Counted from the stretch's first letter, positions 1 through 34,781 are shown. The stretch: DNA of 64,000 bases from Octopus sinensis (GCF_006345805.1 NC_043014.1:5456001-5520000), one strand, 5' to 3'. Translations and numbers: made by a program. The notes: a model not told the origin generated them from the sequence alone.

Positions 1-1677
1 TGTGAGAGTGTGTACATGTGTATGTGTATGTGAACGTATGTCCGTGTACTGGCATGTGTCCGTCCAAGTTGTGTACATGACTGTTACTTTGTTGAAGGTT
101 GTATACATATTCACATATATGTTTGTATAGACGCACACACATTTATATATACGTGTGGGTGTGTGTTTGCTCCTCTCATCACCGTCTAACCGTGAATAGA
201 TACAACGCCTAAGTGCAACTGTACGTATCAAACAACGTACGCTCATACGGTTATATATAACTGCACATACGCATTGCACCCTGTATGTAAGGACTACAAG
301 TAAACGAGAGAGAGAGAGAGGGGTGGTTATAGAATAGTCCTTCTGAATGGGATCTGGATGTTACTCCATTCGGACTTTCGGTTGAGAGTAGGTTTGTATT
401 CTAGTATACAAACAGCTTCTGCGACCTGTCTCAACATTGCATCGGTGGGATGTGTTGATAGGATGTTCAACTTAAGTTTCCCTAAGGATCCCTTGTGGCA
501 GTCTACAGCATGTTGGTAGAAGATGGAGTTTGGCTTCCTTTCAATGTAGTTGTCCAGGTGTTCTTTGAACCTATCATTGATGCTTCTAGAAGTCTCACCT
601 ATGTATGACTCTGGGTTAGTCGCGCAAGCTCCCTCCTGGCACTTAATCTGGTATACAGTGCCCTTGGTTTTACAATTTACATGTGGATTTGTCGAACATA
701 CTGCACAATTACTTTGACAGGTGATTCTATCAAATGGATATGATCTGCATAATGCCGATTTGATAGTCCTACCTGTCTTTTCTACAACTTTAATTTTTAG
801 GCCCGTAGTGCGCAGGATTTTCTTGAATGCCTTACTTAGCTCGTTCTTAGGTGTGGCGTCAACGAACATTACTCCGTGAAATCTCCTGTTATCGTACCAA
901 GTAACTTTCTCATCCTTTTGTTGGTGTCCCTCTCTAAACTATTCCAGAAATTGTTGCGGTATAGGGGGCATATACCGTTTTCGTTGTTCCTTAGAATGCG
1001 TTCGAATCTAGCTTTCGCTCTTTTGTACACCCTGACTCTATCGTCTTGTGTGTATCCGGAGCGTTGCATTCGGAATATGTAGTGCTGGATGCGTTGTTGT
1101 CATTCTTGTGGTTGGCATAGTGGTGATACATTCCTCATTACTCTAATTAAGTCTGCCACTAGGATGTTGAGTTTGGCAGTATCCGACATAGCTGAGTCAC
1201 TACGGATTACTAGTGGATTAGCCATCGGTTTCTGATAGTGTGAGTGGAGTATATAGGGTTTAATGGTTCCATTAACCATAGCATCTTCCATCCATAGCTC
1301 AGTATCTAGGACGGGTAATCGTTTACTGGGTACTTTAGAGGGGTAGTCTATGGTAAGTTTTATACTGTTGTGGATAGAGTCAGCTATGTGTTGTATAGAT
1401 GTCATCACCTGTTCTTCACTTGGTAGAGGGCCCATAACTGTGTCTGTATTATATTTCACAACAAAGTTAATGTCGTCGACGTAACGAGAGTACATAGCCA
1501 AGTGGATGTTACGGTTTGCTAGGCACTGTTTAAAATGTTTGTCCCACCATACCATGAAGAGGTTTGCAACGTCACCGGCGATCCCCACTCCAATAGCACC
1601 GCCCTTCGCTTGCCTATACAGTTTGTTGTCAATTTTAAAATATGTGTTTTTAGCGTAAATCTCAGGCTGTTTTTAGC

Positions 1678-1678
<1 letters not shown>
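1..1678 (-). mobile_element. Penelope-like retroelement (RT + GIY-YIG endonuclease), 5'-truncated, disrupted; 3' end runs off window start
   Basis: ORFs 1100-1588, 869-1069 and 327-869 give RT motifs (GIAGDVANLFM, YSRYVDDI, LPVLDTELW, YQKPM), a Cys-rich linker (CQSNCAVC..C) and GIY-YIG (VYQIKC..YIGETSRSINDRFKEH). Broken by 1-bp deletions near 1632 and 905 and a TGA at 1100-1102. Abuts (TA)n at 1679. Confidence 0.92.
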
Positions 1679-1755
<77 letters not shown>

Positions 1756-1762
1756 GTATGTA

Positions 1763-2631
1763 TAAATGTCAGCTTCCAGCTCCTCGTAGCTTGCGAAAGT
1801 CATGTCCCCTCAAATGATTCTGTAAACTACGAAACAAATGGTAGTCTGAAGGAGGAAGGTCGGGAGAATAAGGTGGATGAGGAATTTTTCCCAACCAACC
1901 TCTTCGATCTTCTGTGGTGTGATGTTTGCATAAGAAGAAAAGACCCCCTTTACCAAGCTACTGCTTACGACGTTTAACATTTCGATAGAAGATCCATTTT
2001 TCGTCACCAGTCACAAGTCTATCCAAAAAGGGTGAAATGGGTTCGCGAGAATGGAGAGAAGAGCAGATGTCAACTGGGGATTTGCGGTTGCTTTCGGACA
2101 ATTCATGAGGCGACCATATTCCATCTTTCGGAACCTTTCCAAGTTGTTGAAGATGACAATGAACAATTGTCTGGCTTGAACTAAGCTTTATTGCCAATTC
2201 TTCAACTAAAAATGAAGGATTTTCTTCAGGTAAGGCCTCATGGGACTTATCATTAAACTCACCTGGACGTCGTGTTCTATCTTCATCCTCTAGGCTGAAA
2301 CTTCCACTTCTGAAATTTGCAAACCATCTTCTGCAAGTTCTTTCATTCAAGCATTCTTTCCCATAAACCGAGTGTATGTTTCGAGTCGCTTCGAATGCAG
2401 AGATTTTTTTGTACTCATAAAGGATTATGTGCCTAAAATGTTTTTGGATACTTCCACGTTAGAAAGGGTTTTAATCAAATAAATTTTAATTTTATTATTC
2501 TGTAAATAAAATATTTATTTAGTTAATATACAAATGCATAAAAATATTTCTTAATTCCTTTAGACATTCTAAAATATTAAATTACATTCAATTTTAAATA
2601 CATAAAAATAGGACAGAACTTATGGGATGAC
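1763..2631 (-). mobile_element. Mariner (Tc1/mariner, DD34D-type) transposon remnant, internally deleted
   Basis: ORF 1958-2350 has an HTH region (TCRRWFANFRSGSFSLEDEDR), a WVPHEL-like motif (IWSPHEL) and VTGDEKWIFY; a degenerate YSPDL region lies near 1840-1890. Part of the 5' TIR (GTCATCCCATAAGTTCTGTCC on -) is at 2611-2631. The 3' end is lost in (TA)n. Confidence 0.9.
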
Positions 2632-2699
2632 ACACACACACACACACAGAGACACATATTGATACACACACAGATATACACAGACGCACAGAAATACAG

Positions 2700-2740
<41 letters not shown>

Positions 2741-3343
2741 TACACACTAATATATATATGTAAATAAACTGCATCAGGGAGTGGGAAAGCATGGTACGAA
2801 TGTTCCTGAGATTTGAGGGATGTGGAAGCACATCTTACCCCTGGTGTTCCCAGATCTAACCTGACCCAGGGTAGTAGCACATGTTAGGGTCCCAGCTAGG
2901 ATCCTAGTCTAGGAAAAGAAATCCTTGATATAAAACCACTGTAGCGCTGGATCTGGCGTGCAGACCTTGATTATATCTGATGTACCCGGTAGCACGCTGC
3001 ATCCACCCTAACCAGATCTAGTACATCCCCAATCCCTATTGTGCCACTGTTGAGGACAGGTGGCCACGTGCGGGAGCGCTGTAATCTCTGGATATGGTCC
3101 ACTCGAAATAAAATCATCTTTCAGTCAGTGTCGCTCGCTACAGGTTAATCATTCGGGTACAAGTCAATACCGACGACGACTCATATACAGTGAGGCCCCC
3201 ACCCGGCTGTTCTCGGCGTCCTGCATGTTGGAATACCTACTTTCTAACGAATTCTGGAATTATATGATACTATACGAACACACACACATAAACACACACA
3301 CTTAAACAACACGCACACACAGACACACACACAGACACACACT

Positions 3344-3374
<31 letters not shown>

Positions 3375-3789
3375 ACGCACACACACATACACACACACAC
3401 ACGCGCAAGCATACACACACACACACACTCACACACGGAGAGAAGACATTTTGATTATCATAAATTTATCGTCAGCAGAAATATTCTAATAAGATTCAGT
3501 GTAAATAAAATGGAATAATCTTTAACATCAGGTTTGTTATGAAGTAACCAATAAAAACACTAGACTGCATCAAATAAAGCTTTGCAGTTACAGTCTGTAC
3601 AGATGTTGAACGGACAATGTAGTCCCCTACATGAATATTACAGCAGTTTCGCAAAAATAAAGAAGTAAACATTAAGAAATAAATAAATAAGAATTCTCCA
3701 ACAAATAGGCATTTGTTTTCAGTTTACAAATTTGTGCTGAAGTCAGTAAAATATTCTGCTGACTGTTCTGTGTTAATCGTGGATCATCT

Positions 3790-4010
3790 CCATCCAATCA
3801 CAAAAGGTGTCATTTAAAAGGTGACACCCACCATTATTGTAATATCAATCTGATTGGTTCCTGAATTTACGATTAGATTTTCGGCGGGGTTGGGTTGTGG
3901 AGGGTGAAAAATATCAAAAAGCCGGAATCAGACGTCAACAATTTTCAGTTACGATCCCAAAGCGAGAAGCTCACACTTATAAACTCCAGCTTACATCAAC
4001 TTCAGATTTA
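3790..4010 (+). promoter_or_regulatory. Putative core promoter of gene copy 1
   Basis: CCAAT (~3793), ATTGG (~3853), GC-box GGCGGGG (~3883), CRE-like GACGTCA (~3931), TATAAA 3978-3983 and Inr-like TCAGATT 4002-4008, upstream of ATG 4061. TATA and Inr are conserved in all four paralogs. Confidence 0.5.
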
Positions 4011-4060
4011 TCATTAAACCAAAACGAAATAACAGGCTGCACGGACGACCGAAAACCGCA

Positions 4061-17561
<13,501 letters not shown>

Positions 17562-17853
17562 AGGGAATATGGTTGAATCTGCTTCTCTATGAAAACTTAT
17601 GTTAACCAATTACAAGACATAATATAATATCATAAAACAATATAGACATTTTAAATTCTGTTTGATAATATTTTATCGAAGTTATATAAATCGTTAAAAT
17701 ACTCTGCGCTACCAGTTAACAGAAAAATATTATAATGGAGAGAAAATCGGCGCCAGAGAATGTGAGAATTATGCTTATAGAACAATGCAAAGCTGAGAGA
17801 ATAATTCTAGATAAACATTGTATAAGGATCAGTTCATAAAAGTAAAATGTGGA

Positions 17854-17859
17854 AATAAA
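17854..17859 (+). terminator. Polyadenylation signal AATAAA of copy 1 (equivalents 32233-32238, 47575-47580)
   Basis: AATAAA ~290 nt after the stop, followed by a T/GT-rich stretch (TTTTGTGTTCTG); conserved in copies 1-3. Confidence 0.6.
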
Positions 17860-18814
17860 ATTGTATTTGGTTTAACACTATTTTGTGTTCTGTCTTAAAT
17901 ATCAATAAACCCCACTTGAAGTAATATCATAGAAATATATGATGGTTCCATCATTTTTGAGAGGAATGTAAGTAGTAATCCTCTCACCACCTATTTAGAT
18001 TTTACCTGTATCTATACCACCTCGTGACTCCTCCACAGATTTGTTGACATCCTCATAACCGGAACACGTAACCCTCACACATTGCACCATTTCCTAAACA
18101 TTGATGCACAACAATCAGGAATGGAATCACCAGCGAGTATCGAATACGAATAATTCTCTCACTCAAAAGCAGAAAAATGGTAAATTGGAACAAAGATTTG
18201 CTTTACAACACTTACCACATACATAGAAAGCAGAGAAAAGACAGCAAAAGGACGTAGAAACATAATGAGGCTAAGCAAAGTTACTCTGTGTAAACTGTGT
18301 GATATGTTGAGACTGTTACACCACATCCAATAAGAAACATCACTATGTGTTAGTGTAGAATATTCCTTAGATTAAAGAGAAGATGGATATTTGGGAGACA
18401 CAACGTCTTTCATGCAAGTAATTGAGTGCCATAAGCTTGCCATTAAGAAAATGCATGTATTTAGACATTTATAATAGGAATCAACTTTAAAGGTATACAT
18501 GTGTGTATTCTTAACCCAATAAACCTTTTGCAAAATTCGGACTGAGAATCGTAGCTACGTTCGAGTGGCACAGAGTGCGTTCTGTTTCAATAAATATTTC
18601 TGCGATATGATATTTTAGATGAGCACAACCGTCTATTTATTTGTTTAATACTATTATACACTCGACGTATTTACTCCCGTCCTAACATGGACAAATGGCA
18701 TGCATCTAATCAAATCTTAAGTTTCCCTGCTGGAATGTACGCACATGTTCAGACTCGCCCGGCTCCACACACTCTGACCGCCGTATTGCTTTTATAGGGA
18801 AGTAACTGTTTCGA

Positions 18815-19330
18815 TGTAACATCAATATAGTTGTACTCTCAGAATCGAGGGTCCTGATGACGGCCAGGTGAAAGATATTTGGATACACTTTATAACATGC
18901 CGGCTGGAAATATCATCATTGGGTGAGACAAGCTGACACTGAATCAGCTTCGCTGACTGACAGGTGGCGGTCGTTTAGAGAATGCGCGGGTTAAAACTAC
19001 GCTCCTTCACTAGTCAGTTAAGGTGAGACTGTTTCACGTGACAACTTGCTGGGGCTCTCTGCTGGAGCCTTGCGGCAGGTATTTAAAGGGAAGAATGTGA
19101 CAAGTCAGTCAGGGAACAGAAGAAAGGAGAAGAAAGAAGACATGCACCCAATACCAGAGCTGAAGACACCTCCGAAAAAGGGGGCCACGCCACGTCAAAA
19201 CGGTAGAGGAGTATGGGCCGAAACCGGACGTGGTTCCTCCGGATGATGTCTTGCGCTAACTGGATACTATAAAGGAGCTGTTGTGACAGCAGACCACGAA
19301 ACACGGTTGTAATTCCTACAGTGGTAGGCA
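18815..19330 (+). mobile_element. Possible degenerate LTR (partial paralog at ~48237-48740)
   Basis: Starts TGTAAC, has a TATTTAAA box (~19080), ends CCTACA followed by GTGGTAGGC (PBS-like TGG); GC-richer than its flanks. No coding domain seen. Confidence 0.3.
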
Positions 19331-20220
19331 AATGTACCAAGTTAATGTTTATTTCCCTGATAAACGAAATTTTTGCAGCATTTGGCAGAGCTTCCTCATA
19401 GATTCTTTGGAGTTACTCGGACACTGGGTTTGCAGATTGAAACCTTTTGTGAGAATGGTTATTCTTTATGCACCAACACTTGTCAGTGCAAGGGAGATGG
19501 GCTGCTCCTGCTTTAGCTGTATCAGGAGTGATATCTAATATTTGGTTCAACTGAAAGTATAAATAGAAGCATCCACGTTGAAGTCATAAGAACATTCTTG
19601 ATTATGTAATTGTCAACAGAAAAGACCTATCGGATGTAAAGCTGTCCGACTCATGCAGGGCGATGAATTTTGGACAGATGACAGGTTATTTTCTCCGTTG
19701 ATTACACTGGCGATCACTGTCCCCCAAAGGCTGAGGTGTGAAGCAGGAAGGCATCTTGGTGGGTGGATGCTTCTAAATGAAACTTTCCTGCAGCACTTAG
19801 ACATTACAAAGAAGCAGCGAAAGCAGTCAATTCTACACAGAAATCAAGGATAAAGAAAGAAAATATAGAAAAGTACAAAACCAAGACAAAATAAACATAA
19901 ACAAACTACATTTATTAGCTACGAGTCACATACAAACTCATTCTACTGCTCGACATTTTCAATTTATTGAGCTAACAATCTGAACAGAATCTTGACTGCT
20001 AACTGGCAGATTCTATATGTAGATAAGTGTTGAATGATTAGAAAAATGAATATTTCATAGCTAAATTTGATATCTGCTGACTGCATGCACAGACAGAGAA
20101 CGTAATTATTCAGTCATTGACCTACATAGAAACAACTCCTGGCTTTTCTGCCACTCGACAGATGAAATCTGAGAACATGACTTTGGATCTGTCAGTAGAT
20201 ATGTTCACTGAACCGCGCCA

Positions 20221-20333
20221 GCCTTCAGTTTCCGGCTACCAAATTCACTCACAAGGCGTTGGTCGGCCCCAGGCAATAGAAGGTGGAACGGAGAGGGACT
20301 GAACCCGGAATCATATTGTTGGGAAGCAAGCTT
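20221..20333 (-). mobile_element. SINE 5' fragment (same family as 5496-5910); paralog ~49635-49762
   Basis: TTCAGTTTCCG..CACTCACAAGGC..GGGACTGAACCCGGAA..GGGAAGCAAGCTT matches the reverse-complemented SINE head. Confidence 0.7.
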
Positions 20334-20334
20334 C

Positions 20335-20539
20335 GTGTCAATTTAGTACGGCTGTGTCCAACGACTAATTTAATTGATTGATGAAAATATTACACCATTG
20401 TAAAGAAACCGTTTTAGTCAGATGAATTCATGACCGTTAAAATCGTGAATTCGTCTGACGAAAACGATTTCTTTAGTGATGTAATGTGTTCATTAATCAA
20501 TTGAAGAAGTCGTAAGAAACGGCCGTAATGGATTGACAC
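20335..20539. repeat. ~205-bp palindromic (foldback/MITE-like) element; paralog 49764-49969
   Basis: GTGTCAAT..TACGGC..ACGACT..TAAAGAAACCGTTTT..TCAGATGAATTCATGA pairs with TCGTGAATTCGTCTGA..AAAACGATTTCTTTA..AGTCGT..GCCGTA..ATTGACAC. Confidence 0.75.
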
Positions 20540-21478
20540 CTGTACTTCTCCCGTTACTCATTTACATTTTATTCACTTGTCCTGGAATCTGCTCTTCGTA
20601 AACATTATGGACCGCATTTATATATAATGTACATGTCTGAAAAGCTCAAGACCAGATTTCTTCATTCAGCTGAGTTTAATTGTCTACATACACTGCAAGA
20701 ATATCATTCGGCCGGTTCTCAGTAGTGTTGAGTGTATATATTATTCCTACCTAACGACGTGTCTCAATTTAAGTACCAAATTCAGCAGAATTTTATTTAT
20801 ATTTTATATACATATGTGCATACTACGTACATGCGTACACAGACACACACATACATAGATACATAAATACATACATACATAATTGCATATGTATGTATAA
20901 ATATATATGTATTATATTTATATATATAAGCACACACACACACACATAATTGTAGATCTCTCTCTATCTCCATATATATATATATATATATTTCAATAGC
21001 ACCATCCATTGACGGATTCTTCGATTATTCCGATGATATCAAGTAAACAAATTGCCATTTTCAGGTGATATTTAACAAATAACCACATTGGTATGGAGCG
21101 AATTTTAATTAACCCGCTTGATGACTGTTTCAGAACCACAAGCGAAATTGCTAAAAGGAAAGTTGAATTGAAGAGGATATGAGTTAGATTTGGAAAGCAG
21201 AAATCAGAAACTACAGAAGGTAGACAGATGACCATCCTGATTATTTATGGGACCAGAGCAGACCGTAGTAAACATTCTACAATAAGAAAAGAAAGGAGAA
21301 GAGAGAAAAGAAAGGAACTGAACGAAATCGTGGATATACAATTTACATTGGATAGGGTTCTTAGGTGTGTATATGTCTGAATATAGGCAACAGCATGTGT
21401 TTACACACACACACACACACATACATATATGTATAAATATATATACACACACATACATACATACAAACATACATATGT

Positions 21479-21577
<99 letters not shown>

Positions 21578-21622
21578 CACATACATATATATATATTTAT
21601 ACACATACAGATATATATATAC

Positions 21623-21675
<53 letters not shown>

Positions 21676-21738
21676 TATATAATTATATACACACACGCAC
21701 ACACACACACACACACACGCACACACACACATACACAC

Positions 21739-21782
<44 letters not shown>

Positions 21783-21786
21783 GTTT

Positions 21787-22487
21787 AAATGTCAGTTTCC
21801 AGCTCGTCCTAGCTTGCGAAATTTATGTCCCCCAAATGATTCTGTAAACAACGAAACAAATGGTAGTCTGAAGGATGAAGGTCGGGAGAATAAGGTGGAT
21901 GATGAATTTTTTCCCCAACCAACCTCTTCGATCTTCTGTGGTGTGATGTTTTCATAAGAAGAAAAGACACCCTTTACCAAGCTTACTGCTTACGACGTTT
22001 AACATTTCGATAGAAGATCCATTTTTCGTCACCAGTCACAAGTCTATCCAAAAAGGGTGAAATGGGTTCGCCAGAATGGAGACAAGAGCAGATGACAACT
22101 GGGGATTTGCTGTTGCTTTCGGACAATTTATGAGGCACCCATATTCCAAGTTGTTGTAGATGACGAGGACCAGTTTCTGGCTTGAACTAAGCTTTATTGC
22201 CAATTCTTCAACTGATAATGCAGGATTTTCTCCAGGTAAGGCCTCATGGGACTTATCATTAAAATCATAAAGCTTTACCTGCCTAAAATGGTCTTTGGAT
22301 ACTTCCACGTTAGAAAGGGTTTTAACCAAAGAAATTTTAATTCTATTCTGTAAAATAATATTTGATTAGTTAATACACATATGCATAAAAATTTAGTTTA
22401 ATTCCATGAGACATTCTAAAATATTATTACAATTCATTCAAATTTAAAAACAGAAAATTCGGACAGAACTTATGGGATGACCTGATA
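21787..22487 (-). mobile_element. Mariner remnant upstream of copy 2 (further deleted), with intact 5' TIR and TA
   Basis: Homologous to 1763-2631; ends GGACAGAACTTATGGGATGACCTGA-TA (22461-22487), i.e. TA-TCAGGTCATCCCATAAG on the - strand. Confidence 0.85.
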
Positions 22488-23213
22488 CACACTCACACAC
22501 ACACACACAGACACACACTGATACACACAGACACACAGACATACACAGACACAGACACACACACACACAGACACACACACACACACATACACAGACACTG
22601 ATACACACACACATGCACACACACTCACACCTATATATATGTACATAAGCTGCATCCGGGAGTGGGAAAACATGATACGAATGTTCCTGGTGTTCCCAGA
22701 TCTAACCTGACCCTGGGTAGTAGCACATGTAAGGGTCCCAGCTAGGATCCTAGTCTAGGAAAAGAAATCCTTGATATAAAACCACTGTAGCGCTGGATCT
22801 TGCGTGCAGACCTTGATTATATCTGATGTACCCGGTAACACGCTACATCCACCCTAACCAAATCTAGTACATCCCCAATCCCTATTGTGCCACTGTTGAG
22901 GACAGGTGGCTACGTGCGGGAGCGCTGTAATCTCTGGATCTGGTCCACCCGAAATAAAATCATCTTTCAGTCAGTGTCGCTCGCTACAGATTAGTCATTC
23001 GGGTACAAGTCAATACCGACGACGACTCATATACAGTGAGGCCCCCACCCGGCTGTTATCGGAGTCCTGCATGTTGGAATAACTGCATTCTAACGGATTC
23101 TAGAATTATATGAAACTATACAAACACACACACATAAACACACACACTTAAACAACACGCACTCACAGATACACACACAGACACACACAGACACACACAG
23201 ACACACAGACACA

Positions 23214-23279
<66 letters not shown>

Positions 23280-23905
23280 AACGCACAGAAGACATTTTGA
23301 CTATCATAAATTTATCGTCAGCAGAAATATTCTAATAAGATTCAGTGTAAATAAAATGGAATAATCTTTAACATCAGGTTTGTTATGAAGTAACCAATAA
23401 AAACACTAGACTGCATTAAATAAAGCTTTGCAGTTACAGTCTGTACAGATGTTGAACGGACAATGTAGTCCCCTACATGAATATTACAGCAGTTTCGCAA
23501 AAATAAAGAAGTAAACATTAAGAAATAAATAAATAAGAATTCTCCAACAAATAGGCATTTGTTTTCAGTTTACAAATTTGTGCTGAAGTCAGTAAAATAT
23601 TCTGCTGACTGTTCTGTGTTAATCGTGGATCATCTCCATCCAATCACAAAAGGTGTCATTTAAAAGGTGACACCCACAATTATTATAATATCAATCTGAT
23701 TGGTTCCTGAATTTACGATTAGATTTTCGGCAGGGTTGGGTTGTGGAGGGTGAACAATATAAAAAACGAGAACCACACGTCAACAATTTTCAGTTACGAT
23801 CCCAAAGCGAGAAGCTCACACTTATAAACTCCAGCTTACATCAACTTCAGATTTATCATTAAACCAAAACGAAATAACAGGCTGCACGGACGACCGAAAA
23901 CCGCA

Positions 23906-31943
<8,038 letters not shown>

Positions 31944-34249
31944 AGAGAATATTGTTGAATTTGCTTCCCTATGAAAACTTACGTTAACCAAGTACAAGAC
32001 TTAATATTTCATAAAATAATATAGACATTTTAAAATCTGTTTGATAATATTTTATCGAAGTTATATAAATCGTTAAAATACTCTGCGCTACTAGTTAACA
32101 GAAAAATATTATAATGGAGAGAAAATCGGCGCCAGAGAATGTGAGAATTATGCTTATAGAACAATGCAAAGCTGAGTGAATAATTCTAGATAAACCTTGT
32201 ATAAGGATCAGTTCATAAAACTAAAATGTGGAAATAAAATTGTATTTCGCTTAACTCTATTTTGTGTTCTGTCTTAAATCATAAGAAACCTCACTTGGAG
32301 TAATATCATAGAAATATATGATGGCACCACCATTTTTGAGAGGAATGTAAGTAGTAATCCTCTCACCACCTATTTTGATTTGCCTGTATCTATAGAAACT
32401 TGTGACCCCGGCACAAGATTATTTGACATCCTCATAACCGGGACACGTAACCATCACACCTTGCACCATTTCCTAAACACTGATGCACAACAATGAGAAA
32501 TTAAATCACCAGCGAGTATCGAATACGTATAATTCTCTCACTCAAAAGCAGAAAAATGGTAAATTGGAGCAAAGATTTGCTTTACAACACTTACCACATA
32601 CACAGAAAGCAGAGTAAAGACAGCAAAAGGACGTAAAAACATAATGAGGGTAAGCAAAGTTACTCTGTGTAAACTGTGTGATATGTTGAGACTGTTACAC
32701 CACATCCGATAAGAAACATCACTATGTGTTAGTGTAGAATATTCCTTAGATGAAAGAGAAGAAGATGGATATTTGGGAGACACAACGTCTTTCATGCAAG
32801 TAATTGAGTGCCATAAGCTTGCCATTAAGAAAATGCATGTATGTAGACGTTTATAATAGGAATCAACTTTAAAGGTATACATGTGTGTATGCTTAACCCA
32901 ATGAACCTTTTGCAAAGTCGGACCGTCAGGGACTGGGCCTTCAACGCAATCAAGAATGGAAGCTACAGGACGATAAAAAATCCTGTCAAAGGACAAATTC
33001 CTTCAGTTGAGTCATCGTTCATTGAACAACTTGGGGCGAAAGACTCTTGATCGATGGGATTGAAGGATTACGAAGTGTTGTTAGAACATCTTTCAATAAG
33101 GTAAAATCGTATAAAAAATAATCCTGCAGTGGAATTGGTTTTCTGGTTGTCTCTAATTCGTTTGTGCCACTGGTGTTAGTACAGCAGAATGGTTTACCCA
33201 CTCAAAGCAAATTTACATTCAGGACCATCTTGGATTCTTGGAACGGTACATGGAGGGCAATGGAAAATTAATGAATGATTGAAGCTTTAAAAGCTGGGAG
33301 TTTGTATTTGTAAAGTCATAGGTGGCGTGTAGGGATTTTGGTTGCTTCATCTTCTATGATAATGGTTGTATTTAGCAGCATCCCGAGTGACTGAGCAGCA
33401 CATTTCAGTCATTGCATTGCTCACATTGTGGCGAATGGGTGCGAGAAAAGGTGGTTTAAAGAAAGTTTGAGACTACCAAACAGGCCAACACTCCGAGTCT
33501 ATTTGCGGGGATAATAACACATCCGATTTGAATCATTGACTGTCATGGGAGAGTCCTGAATAGCCGAATGTGACCGAAGGTGGAGGAACTGGCTATAGTA
33601 AGCAGGAATTGAATGAACAGTGAGTTACCGTTGGTGGTGTTAGTTCAACAATCGTTTATGGAACATTGCATGCTGGGTATCGGACTTGCGTTCGAGTAGC
33701 GCAGAGTGCGTTTTGTGTTGACATATATTTCTGCGATAGGTTACTTTTAGATAGTCACAACCAACAATTTATTTGTTTAATACCATTATACACCAGACGT
33801 GTATAACTACGTCATAACATTTTCAGCGACGAAGTTATTCGAAGCTCATACCGGACCGATTTGTCTCTTCACATGAGAGCTTTACTAGCCTCGGTAATTT
33901 AATTACATCAACAAAACCAGCAAAAGCAATAAAGATAAAGACAACAGCCGTTGGAATTACAGAAACAGCAAAAACAGCAATAAAAACAGCAACAACAACA
34001 GTTGTTGGAATTTGAGAAGTAACATCAATTGTTAGTACAACTGATACAGAAGAAATCAGAAATGAGAATCGTAGCTACGTTCGAGAGGCACAGAATGCGT
34101 TCTCTTTTAATAAATATTTCTGTGATAGGTGCTGTTCGAATTATGGAATTCACCTAGAAATAGACTTTGTCAAAACGTTATGGAGGTCGTCCAGTTGTAA
34201 TACAGAAGTGAAAAATGTGATCCCTGACTGTTGAAATTAGAAAAATAAA

Positions 34250-34440
34250 TATGCGTTTGGCAGAACGCAACACGGATTCTGATTTTAGACAATGTGCGAA
34301 TGTACCCACAAAAAATCGAAGAACCGGTTACACTACAGAAATGAATGTTAAAAGAAATTCACATTGTTCTTCCGTGGATTTTAAGAATGAATTTGTGTTG
34401 AGAAGCTATGTGTATTGGCCAGAAATGGATTGAGTGTTTG
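34250..34440 (+). mobile_element. Possible Ty3/gypsy pol fragment
   Basis: LRSYVYWPEMD (34398-34430) resembles the ARSYVYWPGMD motif of the gypsy integrase zinc-binding region; the rest is degenerate. Confidence 0.4.
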
Positions 34441-34449
34441 AAGAACTTT

Positions 34450-34647
34450 TGTGCCTGAAATGGCCTTTGGATTCTTCCATGTTAGAATGGGTTTCAATCA
34501 AAGAAAGTTTAATTCTAACATTTAATTAGTTAATACACAAATGCATAAAAATATTTTAAAATTCCATTAGACATTCTGAAATACTATTAAATTTCATTCA
34601 ATTTTAAAAACAGTAAAATCGGACAGAACTTATGGGATGACCTGATA
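34450..34647 (-). mobile_element. Short mariner 5' end with TIR upstream of copy 3
   Basis: GGACAGAACTTATGGGATGACCTGATA at 34621-34647 plus the adjacent 5' UTR and start of the transposase, homologous to ~2430-2631. Confidence 0.75.
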
Positions 34648-34747
34648 CACACACAGACATAAACATATACAGATACACAGAGACACAGAGAAACACAGAG
34701 ATACACTCAAACACACACACACACACACATACACACACACACATACA

Positions 34748-34781
<34 letters not shown>

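Noticed and set aside
2780-3260. GC-richer block upstream of each gene (ORF 3060-3305) as an extra exon or gene
   Set aside because: The frame is broken by indels in copies 2 and 3 and no convincing splice pair was found; probably an old unclassified repeat carried along with the unit.
18848-18890. CTGATGA-CGGCCAGGT-GAAA-GATATT hammerhead-like string
   Set aside because: Core boxes are present but stems I and II barely pair, and the paralog at ~48235 has lost C3; at best a decayed relic.
33840-33885. Minus-strand GTGAAGA-GAC..GTC-CGGT with AAGCTC/GAGCTT stem
   Set aside because: The GAAA box is absent and the core has an uncompensated G3; not a functional ribozyme.
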